A stretch of 64,000 bases of DNA from Heptranchias perlo (Eukaryota): contig NC_090334.1 of assembly GCF_035084215.1 (NCBI RefSeq), positions 7,936,001 to 8,000,000 on the forward strand, given 5' to 3'. This document shows, one piece after another, positions 37,624 through 49,210 of this stretch. The notes beneath the pieces are model-generated. The model worked only from the letters and a program-made list of their open reading frames with translations. It was not told the DNA's origin and did not search any database. Within the stretch, counting starts at the first letter, position 1. Every line of letters starts with the position of its first letter. The position numbers and the translations under genes are program-made.

Positions 37624-38069
37624 GGGTTCGGGTTCAGGGGAGGGTCCCAGGGCTGGCTGGAGATCAGCTTCTTGGTGCAGGTCCTCTGCTGGGCTCTCAC
37701 TCTCTTGCAAATGTCTCGATCTCACCTTGTCTCAGTCTCTTGCTCAAATCTCAAACTCTTTTACACACCGACCTGCAGCTCCAGGTCCTCTGGAACGCTT
37801 TGGAGACGATTGCCCAGTCTCTGCACTTCTTCCCTGACTCTGATCCTTTCTTTATGGGAATATTATAGTTGTTTTCCACTCATTTGCTCCCTTTTCCCTT
37901 CTTGTTTTGCTGCTGTTTCGATCTTTTTGCAGAATTCTCTGTTGTCCCTGCGGCTGTTGCAGGGGCCGGCTTGCCTTGAGCTGGAAGGACTCTCCCCGGG
38001 TCAGGTCCCTCTCCCCGAGCCGGTCAGTGCTCCGCTCCGAGCCGCTCTGGATTCCGTCTGGGCTTTTTC

Positions 38070-38245
38070 TTGCCATTTAAAGAGTGCGGGGACCCGCGGA
38101 TTTCCCTCCCTTTCAAACTGTCTAACTTCATTCATCCTGTTACGTGATGTCAAACCAATGGGAATAAACGGCTATTGGGTTGCTAAATCCATTATTAAAA
38201 CGAAGGAGAGAAAATTCCCCTTTCTCCCCCAAGATAAGCGTGATC
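38070..38245 (-). promoter_or_regulatory. Putative CYP1C core promoter
   Basis: TTTAAA TATA-like at ~38076-38081 between GC-rich flanks; TACGTG 38141-38146; CCAAT boxes 38155-38159(+) and 38174-38178(-); GCGTG core 38238-38242. Confidence 0.55.
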
Positions 38246-38531
38246 TTTTTTGGCTCTGATTCCCGAGAGAGGGAGAGCGGTACCTCCTCTTAAAGAGGCA
38301 ACGCCAGCCTAAGAATCACCTTAAAGCGGCAACATTAGTACGAACCATACACCAGCCCTCTTCACCCTTAAATGTTTCAAAATAAAGACTAGGTAGAAAA
38401 AAATGACCATCATGTGCGAGATATATTCATTATGCAAGAAATAGCCTACAATGCGACCCAGAACTGTCAGTTTACAATGATGTTTAACGCATTTCCTAAA
38501 GTAGCTGGAGTTAGTTACAGGCAGTTCTTGT

Positions 38532-38925
38532 AAGAAAGAACTTGCATTTTTATAGCGCCTTTTACGACCTCAAGACGCCCCAAAGCGTTTACAACCAATG
38601 AAGTATTTGTGGAGTGTAGTCACTGTTGTAATGTAGGAAACGTGACAGCCAATTTGCGCACAGCAAGCTCCCACAAACAGCAATGTGATAATGGCCAGAT
38701 CATCTGTTTTAGGTGTTGGTTGAGGGATAAATGTTGGCCAGGACCCCCCCTGCCCTTCATCAAAATAGTGCCATGGGATCTTTTATGTCCACCAACATCT
38801 CATCTGAAAAATGGCACCTCTGACAGAGCAGCACTCCCTCAGCCTGCACTGAAATGTGAGCCTAGATTTTGCTGGAGTGTGGACTTGAACCGATACCTTC
38901 TGACTCAGAGGCGAGAGTGTTACTA
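38532..38925 (-). mobile_element. DeuSINE (SacSINE1-like)
   Basis: aagaaagaacttgcatttttatagcgcc...ggacttgaacc. Confidence 0.87.
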
Positions 38926-39652
38926 ACCAAACGACAGATGACATCTTGCAGATTCTGTACTCGAAGTTCTGAAGCTGCAGAGAGAGAGAGAGAGAGCTAC
39001 TGGCATTTAACCAGCCTGCTGCCATTGACTTATTGGAGAGGTAGATCTGGGGATCCTGGTTGCCTGGTTTGAAGGGTTTTGTCTGAAGTAGGAACTCAGA
39101 CCTTTAGCAAACACAGGAGAGAAGAGCACCCTCTCCCCATCCCGATCAGTTCTGACCAAGGGTCGAACCCCAGATGCTAATCTGCAGACGGAGGTGTTTA
39201 GCAGTTCCAGCATTTTCTGGTTTTATTTCAGATTTTCAGCATTTGCCATTTTTCTTTTTACTCCCAACACAATCTGTCCATAAACCTTCGAGTTATTGTG
39301 TTCACCTACATAACAGTGACAGCACTGGAAAACAATTGTATCATTGTATATGAAGCACTCTGGGTGTTAATGCAGGATGTGGTGTATAAATGCCACACTT
39401 TCTTTAGACCTGAGGTAAAAGTACAGCTTTTAACTCTCTGATCCACCAATTTCCTTAACTTACATTATAATTTGACTTTTGACTGCTGATTGGTGGGTAA
39501 ATGGATTTGAGGTACAGATCAACCTTGATCAAATTGAATGGCGGAACAGGCTCGAGAGGCTGAATGGCCTCCATCTGTTCCTATGTCCCGAAGAGATAGG
39601 GCTGGCCTGGTGGGGCAAATCTCTTTTTTTGGTGTAGATAATTAGCAACAAG

Positions 39653-40094
39653 GTGTCATCTGTGGCTCAGTGGGTGGCAGTCTCGCCTCTGAGTCAGAAG
39701 TCCCGCTCCAGAGACTTGAACACATAATCCAGGCTGACACTCCCAGTACAGTACTGAGGGAGCGCTGCACTGTCGGTGGTGGCATCTTTCGGATGAGATG
39801 CTAAACTAAGGCCCCGTCCGCCCTCTCTGGTGGACGTATAAGACCCCATGGCAATATTTGAAGAAGAGCAGGGGAGTTCTCCCTGGTGTTCTGGTCAATA
39901 TTCATCCCTCAACCAACATCATTAAATATAGATTATCTGGTCATTTGTTTAATTGCTGTTTGTGGGATCTTGCTGTGCAAAAATTGGCTGCCACATTTCT
40001 TACATTACAACAGTGACTACACTTCAAAAGTACTTCATTGGCTGTAAAGCACTTTGGGACATCCTGAGATTGTGAATTGTGCTATAGAAATGCA
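39653..40094 (+). mobile_element. DeuSINE (SacSINE1-like)
   Basis: tggctcagtgg head, family body, gctatagaaatgca tail. Confidence 0.87.
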
Positions 40095-40779
40095 GATGGG
40101 GAGAACCTCATCGGGGTAAGAGGGGGAACCACCTTGAAGTAATGTAGGAATAGGAGTTGGCCATTCATCAAGCACAACTGCCTAGGTCTTTTTGCTAAAA
40201 AGGAAAAGTTGCATAGAGGTAGATTAGTTGGTCAGACACTCTCCATTGACTCACTCTCTGCTGGCTGTACAAATGATTTTGAGAACTGTCTCCGCCCAGT
40301 TCCTGATGGGCATTGATGCAAAGCATAGAACTCTCCTTAATTCAGCGTTAAATTGGCAATCTTGCTTAGTTCGGCCACAATGACGACTAGTGTGGACAAT
40401 GTCACACTGGTGCAGTAGGGAACACTAGTCTGAGGTCGGGGTTAGGGCACATTTTTGGAGCAGATTACAGGGGGTTTTATTCTGCACCTGATCTGATGCT
40501 GGAACAGTTTCATTTTCCAGAATTAACACCGAGCACCTTTATGAGCACAAAATTTAACCCAAAAAAAAACACTTGCATGTAGCCCGTGGTCACAATTGGG
40601 ATTCCACATGTGATTGGTTCCTAATCTCAACTGTGCCATCATGGGTGGGAAGTGAGCGGTGCCAAGCAGTGCCCACCACATCCCCCTGGGAAACCAAGGG
40701 TAAATCCTAATGCCAGTCAACCTGAGCTGCTGCCACACACTATCCAGTTGCTGGATGCAGGGCAGCATTGGGAGAGGCT

Positions 40780-41140
40780 AGAGGGACTTGAAGGGGTAGA
40801 TACTGAGAAGATGTTTCCCCTTCTGGGAGAGACTAGGACTAGGGGTCACAGTTTAAAAATAAGGGGTCTCCCTTTTAAGACGGAGATGAGGTGAAATTTT
40901 TTCTCTCTGAGAGTTGTGAGTGTGGAACTCCCTTCCCCAGAGAGCGGTGGAGGCAGGGTCATTGAATATTTTAAGGCTGAGTTCGATAGATTCCTGATTA
41001 ACAAGGGAGTCGAAGGTTGTGGTAGGTAGACGGGAAAGTAGGGTAGAGGTCACAATAAGATCAGCCATGATCTCATCAAATGGCAGAGCAGGCTCGAGGG
41101 GCCGAATGGCCTACTCCTGCTCTTAATTCGTATGTTCGTA
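40780..41140 (+). mobile_element. CR1 3' fragment
   Basis: KMFPLLGETRTRGHSLKIRG; ttcgtatgttcgta tail. Confidence 0.9.
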
Positions 41141-42009
41141 AGCGAGGAGGTGGTTACTTCCTTTTCTGCATCAGTGCAGAGCCCACTCTGTCTGAGAAAT
41201 GAATCAGAAGATGGGAAGCAGAGCAAAATTAATCAAACATTTACAGGAAAAATACGAACTAAAAATGACTCAATGTATTGTAGTCGGAGGAATGTGGTGC
41301 TGCAGAGCAATGAGCTTGTGTCCATGATCCCTAATGCCACGTAACTCCTGATCTCCAGACACATCACAATAGGAAGGTGCTAAGTAGAAGTCCAGCATCT
41401 CCACATAGGAAGGGAGGCAAAACCAGAGGGGCTGATGTCCCTGAGCTTCTCTGGAGCACCTCTCAATGGGTAGTTTAAGGGCACTGCTGAGGGAAGACAT
41501 GGGCAGTGTACAGACTGAGGAAAGGCTAACAGGGGAAAAAGGGAGAAAGTAACTTTTTTAAAAAAGGGAATAATGTGAATGCGAGATGGGAATGAATAAT
41601 GTTTAAGGTGGGACTGGAGTTTAGCAGAGATGAATGTGTGTGTGTGCAGCCTTGGCAAGACTGAAGACAGGTCGCGAGATTGATGGACTTGACTTTTAGT
41701 CTTGTCCCTGCACAGTCCAGCTTCTCCTCAACTTGGCAAAGATGCACACACGCACATCCATTATTGCTTCAATTTCTCTCTCTCTCTGGGGGTGACACGG
41801 CAGTCTGCTCGTTCCATCAGATGGTTCGTTGTCCAGCTTCTACTTATTTCTGAGTCCCCGAAGGGTCTTATAACATGAACACAATTTGGAAAGGCAAACA
41901 AAATAAGCCCACAAGAAAAACTAGCGAGGAACTAGTTCTGGAAAAAGAATGTCTCTAAAATCCCCAGTGGTTATTTTGTAACCTTCCAATACATTTTATA
42001 TATAAATAA

Positions 42010-42578
42010 ATGTGTGTGAGTGTGAATATGTGTGTGTGTGAGAATGTGAGTGTGTGTATGTGTGTGTATATGTGTGTATGCATGCGTGTGTATGTNNNNN
42101 NNNNNNNNNNNNNNNNNNNNNNNNNNNNNNNNNNNNNNNNNNNNNNNNNNNNNNNNNNNNNNNNNNNNNNNNNNNNNNNNNNNNNNNNNNNNNNNNNNNN
42201 NNNNNNNNNNNNNNNNNNNNNNNNNNNNNNNNNNNNNNNNNNNNNNNNNNNNNNNNNNNNNNNNNNNNNNNNNNNNNNNNNNNNNNNNNNNNNNNNNNNN
42301 NNNNNNNNNNNNNNNNNNNNNNNNNNNNNNNNNNNNNNNNNNNNNNNNNNNNNNNNNNNNNNNNNNNNNNNNNNNNNNNNNNNNNNNNNNNNNNNNNNNN
42401 NNNNNNNNNNNNNNNNNNNNNNNNNNNNNNNNNNNNNNNNNNNNNNNNNNNNNNNNNNNNNNNNNNNNNNNNNNNNNNNNNNNNNNNNNNNNNNNNNNNN
42501 NNNNNNNNNNNNNNNNNNNNNNNNNNNNNNNNNNNNNNNNNNNNNNNNNNNNNNNNNNNNNNNNNNNNNNNNNNNNNN
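42010..42578. other. (TG)n-rich microsatellite followed by an assembly gap (N 42096-42578)
   Basis: Read directly from the sequence. Confidence 0.97.
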
Positions 42579-43304
42579 AGGATGGGTTTGATTTCCTTCT
42601 CACTACTCTTTATCAATAATTTTGATTCTAATACAAATTGTAAACTTTTAAATCAATAATTAAAAGGGTTACAAATTGTATTAGCTCCAAAGCTTTAATC
42701 AGCAGTGTCACCATCATGACTTCCTCCTTTCCCCCGCCCCCTCCATCCCAGTTTTTTCCCTGCTGCTCCTGAAGGCAATGACTCCGGCGAAGATAACATT
42801 CCACCAGTGTTGTCTGCCAACTCGCCATTCCCAGTGCATGAACCTGGGCGGTGGTTGGGCTGCAGGCTATTCAACTGTGGCCCAAGTCCGATCCTAACTG
42901 CACCAAGTGTGTACACACACACACACACACACACACATCCTAGCAGGAGTCACTGCGCAGCAGCTTAGCTGTGATATTGAGGCCGATCACAAACAGCTGA
43001 GATCAGCTAACAGCACAAACCAAAGACTAAAGGTGTGGACCTTTACGGTCTGTGATGCCTCAGGAATATAGCAGGCTTCAAATTTACTCAAAGAGTCTTT
43101 ATGGGGTCCAAAAACTTCTCAGTTATTGTGATTAACTTAATTGCCCATTTGTTTATTTTCTCTCCATTTCTATTGCTTATATTGAATATTTTTATTTAAG
43201 CGAGAAGATCTCCCGTGGCATTGCTCATGGCAAGTTGACTGATTTAATAATTGATTCGGACAGGAGTTTTATACCACGTAATGTGCAATACTAAAGCAAG
43301 ATCT

Positions 43305-43582
43305 AGAATATAGAAACAGGAGTAGGCTGTTCAGCTCCTTGAGCCTGTCCCACCATTCAATTAAATCACGGCTGATCTGTACCTCAACTCCATTTATCCT
43401 TTGCTCCGTATCCCTTGTCTAATAAAAATCTCCAATTGTCACCCACCATCCACAGCCTTTTGGAAGAGAGAGTTCAAACTTTCCACTATCCTTTATGTGA
43501 AGAAGTGCTTCCTGATTTCACTCCTAATTGGCCTAGCTTAAATTTTAAGATTGTGCCCCCTTGTTCTGGATTCCCCCACCAG
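43305..43582 (-). mobile_element. CR1 3' fragment
   Basis: Reverse complement of the CR1 tail (gaaacaggagtaggc..gagcctg) and the WNSLP-like region. Confidence 0.8.
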
Positions 43583-43689
43583 TTCCTTTAAGGCCACAAA
43601 GTCTAACTGTTAAGCGACCATAGGCTCATAGCAATCAGAGTTTAATTAGTGTTCGAACAGGGAACCTTGCAGATTGAAAAATATTTGAA

Positions 43690-44585
43690 AAACTTGGAAG
43701 GGTAGTAAACAGTGAGGAGGATAGTGATAGATTTCAAGAGGATATAGACAGGCTGGTGGAATGGGCGGACATGTGGCAGATGAAATTCAACACAGAAAAG
43801 TGTGAAGTGATACATTTCAGTAGGAAGAACGAGGAGAGGCAATATAAACTAGAGGGTACAATTCTAAAAGGGGTGCAGGAACAGAGGGATTTTGGGGTAT
43901 ATGTGCACAAATTGTTGAAGGTGGTAGGGCAGGTTGAGAAAACGGTTAAGTAAGCATATGGGGACCTGGGCTTTATAAATAGAGGCATAGAGTACAAAAG
44001 TAAGGAAGTCATGATGAACCTTTATAAAACATTGGTTCGGCCACAACTGGAGTATTGTGTCCAGTTCTGGGCTCCGCACTTTAGGAAAGATGTGAAGGCC
44101 TTAGAGAGGGTGCAGAAGAGATTTACTAGAATGATTCCAGAGATGAGGGACTTCAGTTACGTGGATAGACTGGAGAAGCTGGGTTTGTTCTCCTTAGAGC
44201 AGAGAAGGTTAAGAGGGGATTTGATAGAGGTATTCAAAATCATGAAGGGTCTGGACAGGGTAGATAGAGAGAAACTGTTCCCATTGGTGGAAGTCAAGAA
44301 CCAGAGGACGTAGATTTAAGATGATTGACAAAAGAACCAAAGGCGAGATGATGATAAATTGTTTTACACAGCGAGTGGTTAGGATCTGGAATGCACTGCC
44401 TGAGGGGGTGGTGGAGGCAGATTCAATCATGGCTTTCAAAAGGGAACTGGATAAGTACTTGAAGGGAAAAAATTTGCAAGGCTATGGCGATAGTGCGGGG
44501 GAGTGGGACTAGCTGGATTGCCGGCATGGACTTGGTGGGCCGAATGGCCTCCTTCCGTGCTGTAACCTTTCTACGATTCTATGAT
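43690..44585 (+). mobile_element. CR1 3' portion
   Basis: WADMWQMKFNTEKCEVIHF, YKTLVRPQLEYCVQFWAPHF, IWNALP, tail. Confidence 0.94.
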
Positions 44586-44696
44586 TTGCAAGTTTAAGGC
44601 CTGGATTTTCCTTTATTTTTAACAGTGTTTTGCCCCTGTAAGAAGGTATTAAATCTGGTGTGTTTCAGATGGACGTGTGTGAGACAAGTAAAAGGA

Positions 44697-45170
44697 GAAA
44701 GAACTTGCATTTATATAGCACCTTTCACATTCTCAGGACGTCCCAAAGCAATTCACAGCCAACAAAATACTTTTGAAGTGTAGTTGCTGTTGTTATGCAG
44801 ACAAACACAGCAGCCAATTTGAACAAAGAAAGGTCTCACAAACAGCAACGAGATAAATAACTAGATCATCAGTTTTAGTGATGTTGGTTGAGGGATAAAG
44901 GTTTGCCAGGACACTGGGAGAACTCCACTGTACTTATTTGAATAGTGCCGTGAGATCTTTTACATTCACCTGAGAGGATAGACTTAAACTTAGAATTAAA
45001 CTCAATTTAACACCTAATCCGAAAGACAGCACCTCCGACAGTGCAGCACTCCCTCAGCATTACTGAAGTGTCCACCTAGATTATGTGCTCAAGTCTCTGG
45101 AGTGGGACTTGAACCCAAGAACTGCTAATTCAGAGACAAGGATGCTACCCGCTGAGTCAAGGCTGACACT
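44697..45170 (-). mobile_element. DeuSINE (SacSINE1-like), full length
   Basis: Tail gaacttgcatttatatagc through head gggacttgaaccc...ctgagtcaaggctgacac. Confidence 0.88.
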
Positions 45171-45700
45171 TCAGTTACATGTAGATAGAAGGTGTTGAAA
45201 AAATAATTGGGGGAACTGTCTTCAAGGACTTAATATCTTGAACCATATCGAACAGTGAGAGAATTGAATGATAGTTTATGCCTGAGAGCATGGGTCTAAT
45301 GGCCATTGGCAGAGATATCACAGTGCAGCAAGAGGGAAAAGGATAGCAGAGAGCACAGGAGCAATTAGGCAGTGGATGTCCCATAACACAGTCACCAAAG
45401 GGTAAAGCAAGAGGTTCAAGATCACGAGGAAGGCGGTGACTGAGGTGCGGCAGTTGGTACCCATGTGCCATGCAGTACCACCGGCAGTGAAGATTATTTA
45501 ACTGCTGTGCCACAAGGCTCTTACAGGAACACAAAAGGGTATCACAATAAACTGCCCCTTCGTTTGGCTTTTGGATGCCTGACACTTATTTTTCAACACA
45601 ATCAAAGAATAACAACTTATCAAGATTGACCTGCATCAGTGCTGAGTCCTTCTTTGCTCGAGTCTCTGTGGGCTCCGTGCTTTTGGGGATAACCTGTTCT

Positions 45701-45710
45701 TTGCGTGAGA
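45701..45710 (+). promoter_or_regulatory. Consensus AHR/ARNT response element (XRE/DRE)
   Basis: TTGCGTGAGA, ~7.6 kb upstream of the CYP1C promoter; function untested. Confidence 0.35.
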
Positions 45711-45800
45711 TACTTCAAAAGATTATGTGTGAGGTGATTGGGCGTTGGCACTGATTAAAACTGGACGCTCAGGAATTGTGAGTTACTGCGATTTTGTTAC

Positions 45801-46004
45801 TGTTACGTTCGAATAACTGCTATAATTACTGTGTTAATAACTAACTGCCTTTATTTCCAGACCCGCTAGAATATTCTGCCAAAGAATAATAAATTAATAT
45901 GAGGAGTGTAATTGCTACTCCCATCGGGGGGGGGCATCTAGTGTTCAGTTAATAATATGCCCACACCATACATATCACCTTTAACCCTCCCCCGCAATAC
46001 AACA
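45801..46004 (-). mobile_element. Candidate 3' LTR of the Gypsy relic
   Basis: On -, purine-rich gggagtgggagg is followed directly by TGTTGTA...; AATAAA at 45850-45855; ends ...GTAACA. No partner LTR found. Confidence 0.4.
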
Positions 46005-46319
46005 CCTCCCACTCCCACCCCCACTCCCACCCCCACTCCCACCCCCACTCCCACCCCCACCCCCACTCCCACTCCCCACTCCCACCCCCACTCCCACCTC
46101 CACTCCNNNNNNNNNNNNNNNNNNNNNNNNNNNNNNNNNNNNNNNNNNNNNNNNNNNNNNNNNNNNNNNNNNNNNNNNNNNNNNNNNNNNNNNNNNNNNN
46201 NNNNNNNNNNNNNNNNNNNNNNNNNNNNNNNNNNNNNNNNNNNNNNNNNNNNNNNNNNNNNNNNNNNNNNNNNNNNNNNNNNNNNNNNNNNNNNNNNNNN
46301 NNNNNNNNNNNNNNNNNNN
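46005..46319. other. (CCCACT/CCCACC)n simple repeat followed by an assembly gap (N 46107-46319)
   Basis: Read directly from the sequence. Confidence 0.95.
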
Positions 46320-46409
46320 CCCTCAGAATTACTGGGTGAAGATAATCATTTCCAAGAATGAGCCTGGGTAACAGCTAAAAAAATCATTCAGTAAAGACAT
46401 TCAGCAACT

Positions 46410-46725
46410 ACATAAAATCATAGAATCTTACAGCTCAGTAGGAGGCCATTTGTCTATCCAATTAGTCCCATCCCCCCTGCTCTGTCCCTGCAAATTTTCT
46501 CCTCTTCAAGTATTTATCCAATTCCCTTTTGAAAGTTATTATTGAATCTGTTTCCACCACCCTTTCAGGCTGTGCATTCCAGGTCATCACAACTCACTAC
46601 GTGAAAAAATTTCTCAACCCACAGGTTCTTTTGCCAATGACCTTAAATCTGTGTCCTCTGATTACCGAGCCTCCTGCAGTGGAAACAGTTTCTCCGCATC
46701 TTCTCTATCAAAACCTCTCATGATT
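46410..46725 (-). mobile_element. CR1 3' fragment
   Basis: Reverse complement of the CR1 3' end. Confidence 0.85.
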
Positions 46726-46872
46726 TTTATTATTATTATGAATATTATCATTATTCAACATCTTCCGCTGACATGATCAAAAAAATAACCATAGCGCTCT
46801 CCCAGTCGCACACAGGAAAGATGGGTTTTGCCAACACTAGAATCTTAATGAAAATCACTACACTCTAACTAT

Positions 46873-47097
46873 CTGTAAGTCGAAATGATTTGGAGGCTTC
46901 CTTGACTTTTGACGATATCTTGGAGTAGGACTGACAATGGGCGAGGTGGGATTAATAACAGGAGCAGTAAATGGGACCACCTCAGGTTCGGTTTCAACAC
47001 TGCCAGGGTTCACAACATTCACAGAGACGCTACTGGAGAGTTCACAATATCCTGGGAGGTAGTTGGTTCCTTACACGTGGGAATAGGCAAAACATCT
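46873..47097 (-). mobile_element. Gypsy pol C-terminal tail, decayed
   Basis: P/T/S/V-rich linker ending PTPRYRQKSRKPPNHFDL, like the RYPxRxRKPPxRLDL end of Gypsy pol proteins. Confidence 0.65.
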
Positions 47098-47487
47098 TTT
47101 TAAAAGGTTAAGGGGAGATTTAATAGAGGTGTTCAAAATCATGAAGGCTTTTGATAGGGTAATTAGGGTGAAACTGTTTCCACTGGTAGGAGGGTCGGTA
47201 ACCAAAGGACACAGATTTAAGGTCATTGGCAAAAGAGCCAGAGGTGAGATGAGGACAATTTTATTTACGTAGAGAGTTGTGATGATCTGGAATGCACTGC
47301 CCAACAGGACGGTGGAAGCAGATTCAATAGTAACTTTCAAAAGGGAATTGGATAAATACTTGTCAAGGAAAAATTTGCAGGGCTATGGGGAAAGAGTAGG
47401 GGAGTGGGGTTAATTGGTAGCTCTTTCAGAGAGCCGGCACAGGCACGATGGGCTGAATGGTCTCTTTCTGTGCTGTAAGATTTTATG
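47098..47487 (+). mobile_element. CR1 3' fragment inserted in the Gypsy relic
   Basis: RLRGDLIEVFKIMK..IWNALP; ATCT duplicated at 47094-47097 and 47488-47491. Confidence 0.92.
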
Positions 47488-47511
47488 ATCTAAACCATTC
47501 TGAGGAGCTGG

Positions 47512-47982
47512 TAACCGTTACTTCCTGAGTATCAATTGTCAACTCCTGAACCTGCTTCTTTAACTGATGAAACATGTGGTATGAGCTTGTTGAGGGTGTT
47601 TCTCACTCTTTGAAACAGTTCCCGTGTTTTTTTGGATTTTAGGATCAGGAACTTGTGACCGCCTTCCGAAATCTGCGTAGGTTGGCATGAAGTCTGGGCC
47701 CCTGAACAGCATTGGTGAGGGGTCCAAAGGTCTTGTCATTAGTTTGGTCTGGTTCACCTGGTCAAGAACTAGAGCGCTGATTTCTGGCAAACCATTTGGT
47801 TTCTGGATACTGTCGGGAATGAACTGGAACCTAAGGAGAAATTCCCGGTCATGTCACTTCTTGCCCTCTGGATTGAACAATTTCCACTGTTCTTTTTTGA
47901 AGCCACAAACCAGACTCTCTTTGCTATTGGTTTTAGTGCTTTCACTTTCAGAAATGGTTTCCAAACCATTCTGTTCAGGTTC
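47512..47982 (-). pseudogene. EIF4G3: Intronless, disabled EIF4G3-like (EIF4G1/3 family) fragment
   Basis: Reads EPEQNGLETISESE...[70 protein letters not shown], then with frameshifts [38 protein letters not shown]. This matches the eIF4E-binding YDREFLL region and the start of MIF4G. Confidence 0.9.
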
Positions 47983-48570
47983 TACCACGGGTACAATTGG
48001 GCTTGCCCAGTCATAGAATAGAATCATTGTATCATAGAATGATACAGCACAGAAGGAGGCCATTTGGCCCATCGTGCCTGTGCCAGTTCTTTGAAAGAGC
48101 TATCCAGTTAGTCCCACTCCTCCTGCTCTTTCCCCATTGCCCTGCAAATTTTCCCCTTCAAGTATTTATCCAATTCCCTTTTGAAAGTTATTATTGAATC
48201 TGCTTCCACCGCCCTTTCAGGCAGTGCATTCCAGGTCATCACAACTCACTGCATAAAAAAATTCTCCTCATTTTCCCCTGGTTCTTTTTCCAATTATTTT
48301 AAATCTGTGTCCTCTGGTTAGCGACCCTCCTGCCAGTAGAAGCAGTTTCACCCTATCTACTCTATCAAAACTCGTCATAGTCACTGTGGTTGATTTTTTC
48401 AATTATCCTCTGACACTCCATGTGATCTTATTCACTGATATCCATTCCTGGGCTTAAACAAGTTTGGCTTCAGTCCCTCCTTCACATTAAAGTGAACTTG
48501 GACACCCTTTGTTGTACCAAGTTTCAGACTTGAAAACTATGCTGAAGAATCACTGCAAGAGAAGATTTTG
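47980..48570 (-). mobile_element. Gypsy pol fragment (RT N-terminus) split by CR1
   Basis: Removing the CR1 restores VFKSE/LGTTKGVQVHFNVKEGLKPNLFKPR../IIEKINHSD-WASPIVPVVEPE. Confidence 0.82.
48014..48378 (-). mobile_element. CR1 3' fragment inserted in the Gypsy RT
   Basis: Reverse-complement CR1 tail; AGTCA duplicated at 48009-48013 and 48379-48383. Confidence 0.92.
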
Positions 48571-48589
48571 AAAGGAATTGTTAGGAATA

Positions 48590-48920
48590 GTTAGAGACAA
48601 ACTTTTTTCACTGATGGGGGAATCTAGGACAAGGGAACATAACCTTAAAATCAGAGTCAGGCCATTTAGGAGAGAAGTTAAGAAACACTTCTTCATGCAA
48701 AGGGTGGTAGAAATGTGGAACACTCTCCCACAAAAAGCAGTAGGTGCTAGTTCAATTAATAATTTTAAATCTGAGATTGACAGATTTTTTTTGCTAGCCA
48801 AGGGCATTAAAGGATATGGAGCCAAGGCGGGTAGATGGAGTTAGGATACAGATCAGCCATGATCTCATTGAATGGCGGAACAGGCTCGAGGGGCTGAATA
48901 GCCTCCTCCTGTTCCTATGT
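48590..48920 (+). mobile_element. CR1 3' fragment
   Basis: KLFSLMGESRTREHNLKIRVRPFRREVKKHFFMQRVVEMWNTLP; gttcctatg tail. Confidence 0.92.
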
Positions 48921-48934
48921 AATCATTTCTGTAC

Positions 48935-49210
48935 AGAGAGGGGAGTCTCTCCATCAGGGTCCCTTTTAAAGTGGGGAGTCTCTCCACAGGGTCCATTTTA
49001 AAGAGGGGAGTCTCTCCATCAGGGTCCCTATTAAAGAGGGGAGTCTCTCCATCAGGGTCCCTATTAAAGAGGGGAGTCTCTCCATCAGGGTCCCTATTAA
49101 AGAGGGGAGTCTCTCCATCAGGGTCCCTATTAAAGAGGGGAGTCTCTCCATCAGGGTCCATTTTAAAGAGGGGAGTCTCTCCATCAGGGTCCCTATTAAA
49201 GAAGGGAGTC
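48935..49210. repeat. 33-bp minisatellite, about 8 copies
   Basis: Unit agaggggagtctctccatcagggtccctattaa. Confidence 0.95.

Noticed and set aside
37624-37725. 34-aa N-terminal extension of CYP1C in the ORF track
   Set aside because: Begins at GTG. The first ATG at 37623 gives a normal-length P450 with its membrane anchor near the N-terminus.
36364-38259. 631-aa plus-strand ORF antisense to CYP1C
   Set aside because: Non-ATG start, no recognisable domain, and mostly explained by the GC-rich codon bias of the P450 on the other strand. Its ~210-codon extension past the CYP start is mildly long but not evidence of coding.
41971-42659. ORFs of ~190-210 aa, and the 45957-46361 ORF
   Set aside because: Artefacts of N gaps and adjacent simple repeats.
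47512-47982. Functional EIF4G exon(s) of a real gene
   Set aside because: In-frame TGA, Y>H in the eIF4E-binding motif, frameshifts, an internal deletion, no evident splice structure, and embedding in a retroelement.
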